From a bacterium (GTDB taxonomy: Bacteria > Bacillota > DTU030 > DUMP01), in contig JBMNSQ010000001.1 in the NCBI GenBank assembly GCA_050945275.1, positions 1-45,637 on the forward strand: DNA of 45,637 nt, read 5' to 3'. This document shows positions 42,318 through 45,637 of this stretch, piece by piece. How positions within the stretch are numbered: the stretch's first letter is position 1; the number at the start of each line of letters is the position of its first letter. A program made the translations under genes and the position numbers. The notes beneath the pieces are model-generated. The model ran no database searches and was not told where the DNA came from. It worked only from the letters and a program-made list of their open reading frames with translations.

Positions 42318-43787
42318 TTATGACGCCTCCTTGGTGCCAATGTATCCCGGGAAAAATTGATTAATTGTTTGCTCCGAGACCGGCTCTGTCATGGCGGTCA
42401 CTGCAAAAATAAGGATAGTAGAGATAATTATCCCAGGAAAAATTGGATGGACGGCTTTCGCCCAGGAAAAGCCCATCTCCGTAAGAACTGCCCATATGGC
42501 TGACCCTAAGAAACCTCCGATGGAAGAATAATAAGCGCCCTCAGAACTTGTTCTTGGCCAAATGAGACCCAGCAGCATTGGCATAGCAAAAGCAGCACCC
42601 GTTAAAGCCACAGCATAAGATACGATGGTCAGCACCAACGTCGGAGTATAGAAAGCGCCGATCAAAGCCACCACCCCAACACCAAGCAAGGTCAGACGAG
42701 ACACTTGAAGGTAATACTCGTCGGACTTCTTAATTCCATTAGGTTCATGGTAGCATTTGCGCAGCAAATCATGAGCAATAGCAGCACCAGAGAGAAGTAG
42801 CAGCGAAGAGACGGTAGACATGGCCGCCGCTGCTACTCCAGCCAAAGCAAAAGCACCCCAAAACGACGGTAAATACGTCTGAACCAATACTGGAAAGGCC
42901 TGGTCCGGAGTTTGGAGTTGATCCCAAACCAAAGCCCGGGCCGCACCGCCATAAAACACTGTTACACTAAAGAAAATAAGAATAAGTATTAACCCATAGG
43001 CCACCGACAATTTAGCAGTGTGCTCATCCTTAGCTGTGTACATTTTGGTAACAAACTCGATTCTAGTAAAGTAGGCGATGAACCATACCAAGTGCCAAGT
43101 CCAAAACCCAGTTTGTGTCCAGCCCACGCCGGTCAATGAAGTCCAGCCAGGAGCTGCGCTTTCCGCTGCCAAAGCCATGCCCGTAAGACCACCAAGCTGG
43201 CCCCACAACACTACCAGTAAAGCCCCCAAGCCTACCGTCATAAATAGCCACTGGGCTATATCGGTCCATACTGCTGCTAGCATTCCACCTATACTGGTAT
43301 AGAAAACAAAAATGGCAGTAGCCAATACCAAAGAGACGGTAGGTGTTAGGCCAGACATTTGTTGCACTACCAATCCCATTGACTTAGTCTGAGCTATCAA
43401 GGAGACAACAGCTGAAACAAGAACAACAAAAGCAGAGAACGCCCTAAAACTGTTAGACTCGTAGCGATCGCCTAAGAAATCAGGTAGAGTAAAGCCGCCG
43501 AAGCGACGCAGTTTTTCCGCCATAAACAGCAAAACCACCAGGAAGCCCAAGGCAAAGCTCAAGTTGTTGAGTGTCGTCGCACCTTGAGCAGCAATAGCGC
43601 CAGTTCCGCCAATTATGGTACCCCCATGCATAATAGAAGCTAATATTGCCACGGCCAATACCGGAGCACCAAAACCACGGTTGCCAACCCAAAAATGAGT
43701 CGTAGATTTTTGCAAGCGTCCAGCAACAACGCCGATAACCACCATAATAAACAGATATAGTCCTAGGATAATAAGACCAATACTCAT
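42318..43787 (-). CDS. Sodium:solute symporter (SSS/SSF family) permease
   Basis: 489 aa with about 13 TM helices. N-terminal VGNRGFG and GGTIIGGTG blocks are typical of SSF. The substrate is not inferable from sequence alone. Confidence 0.8.
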   Translation of the reverse strand: MSIGLIILGLYLFIMVVIGVVAGRLQKSTTHFWVGNRGFGAPVLAVAILASIMHGGTIIGGTGAIAAQGATTLNNLSFALGFLVVLLFMAEKLRRFGGFTLPDFLGDRYESNSFRAFSAFVVLVSAVVSLIAQTKSMGLVVQQMSGLTPTVSLVLATAIFVFYTSIGGMLAAVWTDIAQWLFMTVGLGALLVVLWGQLGGLTGMALAAESAAPGWTSLTGVGWTQTGFWTWHLVWFIAYFTRIEFVTKMYTAKDEHTAKLSVAYGLILILIFFSVTVFYGGAARALVWDQLQTPDQAFPVLVQTYLPSFWGAFALAGVAAAAMSTVSSLLLLSGAAIAHDLLRKCYHEPNGIKKSDEYYLQVSRLTLLGVGVVALIGAFYTPTLVLTIVSYAVALTGAAFAMPMLLGLIWPRTSSEGAYYSSIGGFLGSAIWAVLTEMGFSWAKAVHPIFPGIIISTILIFAVTAMTEPVSEQTINQFFPGYIGTKEAS

Positions 43788-43819
43788 GCATTATTACCTC
43801 CTTCTCGTCATAGCATGTC

Positions 43820-43924
43820 TTAGTCGCCCTTACCGCTACCATAAGCATAAATAAGCTGAACTATTGCTAACCCAAACGGTATAATCCACAAAAACAATAT
43901 ACTATCTAGTGGAAAACCAAACAT
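43820..43924 (-). CDS. 34-aa hydrophobic peptide, candidate symporter small accessory subunit (not in the ORF track)
   Basis: My translation is MFGFPLDSILFLWIIPFGLAIVQLIYAYGSGKGD. A GGTGAAGGGG SD precedes it, and it ends 33 nt before the symporter start. Small TM partners upstream of SSS permeases are a known pattern. Confidence 0.45.
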   Translation of the reverse strand: MFGFPLDSILFLWIIPFGLAIVQLIYAYGSGKGD

Positions 43925-43994
43925 AAACCCCTTCACCCCCTTAAACAGCCACCTTTGTCTGCCTAGCGCATCATAACTGGCAGCTTTCACTTCG

Positions 43995-44023
43995 ATATTA
44001 GGTATTCAAAACTAGTATGCCAA
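43995..44023 (-). promoter_or_regulatory. Sigma-A promoter of the symporter-OFOR-ACD operon
   Basis: The minus strand reads TTGGCA-N17-TAATAT. The -35 lies inside the palindrome at 44013-44038. Confidence 0.45.
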
Positions 44024-44038
44024 TAATATGGCATACTA
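44013..44038. promoter_or_regulatory. Perfect 10-bp-arm palindrome (candidate operator)
   Basis: TAGTATGCCA-ATAATA-TGGCATACTA, with perfectly complementary arms and a 6-nt spacer. It overlaps the predicted -35. Confidence 0.55.
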
Positions 44039-44046
44039 TTTATTAA

Positions 44047-44083
44047 GAGAAAAACAAAAACTCCGCACTTAGGCAGAGTTTTT
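44047..44083 (-). terminator. Weak A/U-rich terminator downstream of the methyltransferase gene
   Basis: Stem AAAAACTC/GAGTTTTT with a 12-nt loop, then TGTTTTTCTC on the minus strand. The stem is A/U-rich and therefore weak. Confidence 0.3.
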
Positions 44084-44123
44084 ACATAAGCTACATCCTG
44101 TCTGTCTAGCCTGTCCAGAGCGA

Positions 44124-44148
44124 AGCGTAGGAAGCAAGCGTAGGAAGC
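44124..44148. repeat. Tandem direct repeat, 2 x AGCGTAGGAAGC (13-nt period)
   Basis: Read directly: AGCGTAGGAAGC a AGCGTAGGAAGC, in the untranslated tract after the methyltransferase stop. Confidence 0.6.
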
Positions 44149-44254
44149 GAGCAATGGATCTTAACAAAATTCTTTACTACGTTCGGGATGACACCATTAC
44201 TCTCTTATGACACCCCTCTTTAATACGGTATTTTTTAGCAATTCGGTTGTCCCG

Positions 44255-45397
44255 CTATTTTAGTCGACGCGGTGGCCGTGGGCCAAAGTACTGATAATAA
44301 TGACACTCAAGGCGACCATTATACAGCTTCCGTCGTTTGCTTGCCCGGCGATTAAATAATCGCTCAAAATCTTTATGCGAAGTTAATATGAAAAAAGACC
44401 AAGTATCCAAAGGGGATAGTACACTGCCCAAATCTTGGTAGATCTGCTCCGCCTCTTTAATTTCTCCTAACCGATGACCATATGGTGGATTAGCAATGAG
44501 ATATCCATATTTGTGTTTACTACTAAGGTGGCGAAAATCTTGCCTTTGCCAGTGAATAGCATCTTCTACTCCTACCTGTCTGCTATGATAACGGGCCAAA
44601 CTTAAAACCTCGGAATCAATGTCAGTACCACGAATATCCAGTGGTTCATTAAGTTTGGCCATATGGCGGGCTTCTTCTCGTGCCTGTTGCCAATAGGCAG
44701 CTTTTATGTTGGGCCAACTCTCGGCTACAAACGTCCTTCTTAAACCTGGAGCTATGTTTCGACCAATCATAGCTGCTTCAATCGGGATTGTGCCGGATCC
44801 ACAAAAAGGATCCCATAAGATCTGGGGGCTAGTCCAGTTACTAAGAAAAACCATGGCCGCGGCCAGCGTCTCTCTAAGCGGAGCCGCTGCTGTCAACTTG
44901 CGGTAACCACGTCTATGTAGCCCTGCACCCGATGTGTCGATAGTAAGAGTAGCTACATCCTTTAACAGTGCTACCTCTACCTTATAACACGATCCGTCTT
45001 CAGGAAACCAATTCAGACGGTACTGCTGTTTCATTTTCTCGACAATAGCCTTCTTAACAATAGCCTGGCAATCAGGTACACTATATAAGGTAGAACGAAC
45101 CGATTTCCCCTCTACCGGAAAACAGGCGTTCTTCGGCAACCATTCGGGCCAAGGTAAGGCTTTAGTCTGCTCAAACAGCTCTTCAAACGACATAGCCTTA
45201 AATTGGCCCATTTTTAGGAGCAAACGATCAGCGGACCTGAGCCACAAATTGCACCGGCAAATCGCCAGCTCGTCAGCAAAAAAAGTGACTTTACCGTTTT
45301 CTACCTTGCAGTCTTCATACCCTAATTGTTTAAGCTCTCGCGCCACTACTGCTTCCAAACCAAAAGCTGCCGTGGCAATAAGCTCTATACAGGCCAT
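44255..45397 (-). CDS. THUMP-domain class I SAM-dependent RNA methyltransferase (RlmL/YpsC-like)
   Basis: N-terminal ferredoxin-like/THUMP region (ATAAFGLEAVVARELK), SAM motif I DPFCGSGTI and catalytic IANPPYG. I chose the ATG at 45397 (GAGGTGA SD). Confidence 0.85.
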   Translation of the reverse strand: MACIELIATAAFGLEAVVARELKQLGYEDCKVENGKVTFFADELAICRCNLWLRSADRLLLKMGQFKAMSFEELFEQTKALPWPEWLPKNACFPVEGKSVRSTLYSVPDCQAIVKKAIVEKMKQQYRLNWFPEDGSCYKVEVALLKDVATLTIDTSGAGLHRRGYRKLTAAAPLRETLAAAMVFLSNWTSPQILWDPFCGSGTIPIEAAMIGRNIAPGLRRTFVAESWPNIKAAYWQQAREEARHMAKLNEPLDIRGTDIDSEVLSLARYHSRQVGVEDAIHWQRQDFRHLSSKHKYGYLIANPPYGHRLGEIKEAEQIYQDLGSVLSPLDTWSFFILTSHKDFERLFNRRASKRRKLYNGRLECHYYQYFGPRPPRRLK

Positions 45398-45516
45398 ATA
45401 AGTCACCTCAAATTCTTTCTCTTTCGCGTACTCCAATAGCTTCCATTATACTGTATGAACAATAATAATCAAAATAAGATTTGGTTGCCGCGACAATAGT
45501 CGACTCCATATGTCAA

Positions 45517-45573
45517 GGGACAGTGAAAATGTCACCCCAAAACATGCTCATTTGGACTGACAAAATGTCCCCC
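45517..45573. repeat. Two copies of a ~20-nt hairpin-forming motif near the window edge
   Basis: GGGACAGTGAAAATGTCACCCC (45517-45538) and GGACTGACAAAATGTCCCCC (45554-45573). They share GGAC...AAAATGTC.CCCC, and each contains a GACA/TGTC or GGAC/GTCC inverted pair. Confidence 0.5.
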
Positions 45574-45637
45574 AAGTAAATTCAGAAAAAGCGATGGCCA
45601 CTAGGCAACCCTGTTTGATTGTAGCCAGCGTCCGGAA

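Noticed and set aside
44013-44050. Possible sigma-54 promoter, because of the TGGCAT in both palindrome arms
   Set aside because: The -12 element is missing. TGGCAT-N5 is followed by TTTTG on the minus strand and TTATT on the plus strand instead of TTGC. No enhancer-binding protein gene is in the window.
1-45637. Search for tRNA/rRNA genes, CRISPR arrays, intact IS or transposase genes, integrases, toxin-antitoxin pairs and known defence systems
   Set aside because: None were found. There are no spaced direct-repeat arrays, no cloverleaf-like GC-rich 75-nt islands in the gaps and no DDE, serine or tyrosine recombinase motifs in any frame of the track. The window reads as conserved core chromosome, not as an accessory island.

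Overview
This 45.6 kb window looks like core chromosome from an endospore-forming, flagellated, anaerobic Firmicute (Clostridia-like). That inference rests on gene content: spoIIGA-sigE-sigG, a ferredoxin-dependent 2-oxoacid oxidoreductase and SD-rich ribosome-binding sites. About 85% is coding, mostly on the minus strand. In window order the content is:
- A partial HlyD-like gene, then pgeF, ylmC, sigG, sigE, spoIIGA and ftsZ.
- A late flagellar block, read in minus-strand transcription order: comFC-yvyF-flgM-flgN-flgK-flgL-yviE-fliW-csrA, followed by an M48 peptidase. A GGDEF cyclase sits where comFA/comFB would normally be.
- argS, an orphan histidine kinase, and an HD-GYP/UDG/FapA operon.
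- degS-degU, then metK behind a textbook SAM-I riboswitch.
- queT, a triple-LysM protein, a DUF4416/DUF401 pair and a double-P-loop ATPase.
- An lplA remnant, a QueG-like Fe-S protein, an M29-like aminopeptidase, uppP and an ECF S-component.
- A lone ptb and an amino-acid ABC transporter.
- A tightly coupled seven-gene operon: small peptide, Na+/solute symporter, OFOR gamma-delta-alpha-beta, and a fused ADP-forming acyl-CoA synthetase.
- A THUMP RNA methyltransferase.

I found no tRNA, rRNA, CRISPR array, intact mobile element or recognisable defence system.

The most noteworthy signals are:
- A recurring sigma-H-type promoter with an identical extended -10 (GTCGAATAT) in front of three signalling operons.
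- The symporter-OFOR-ACD module, which has a palindromic operator over its -35.
- A diguanylate cyclase translationally coupled to comFC.
- Several uncharacterised gene pairs.

All functional calls rest on motif recognition by eye and on remembered family consensus sequences. No database search was run.
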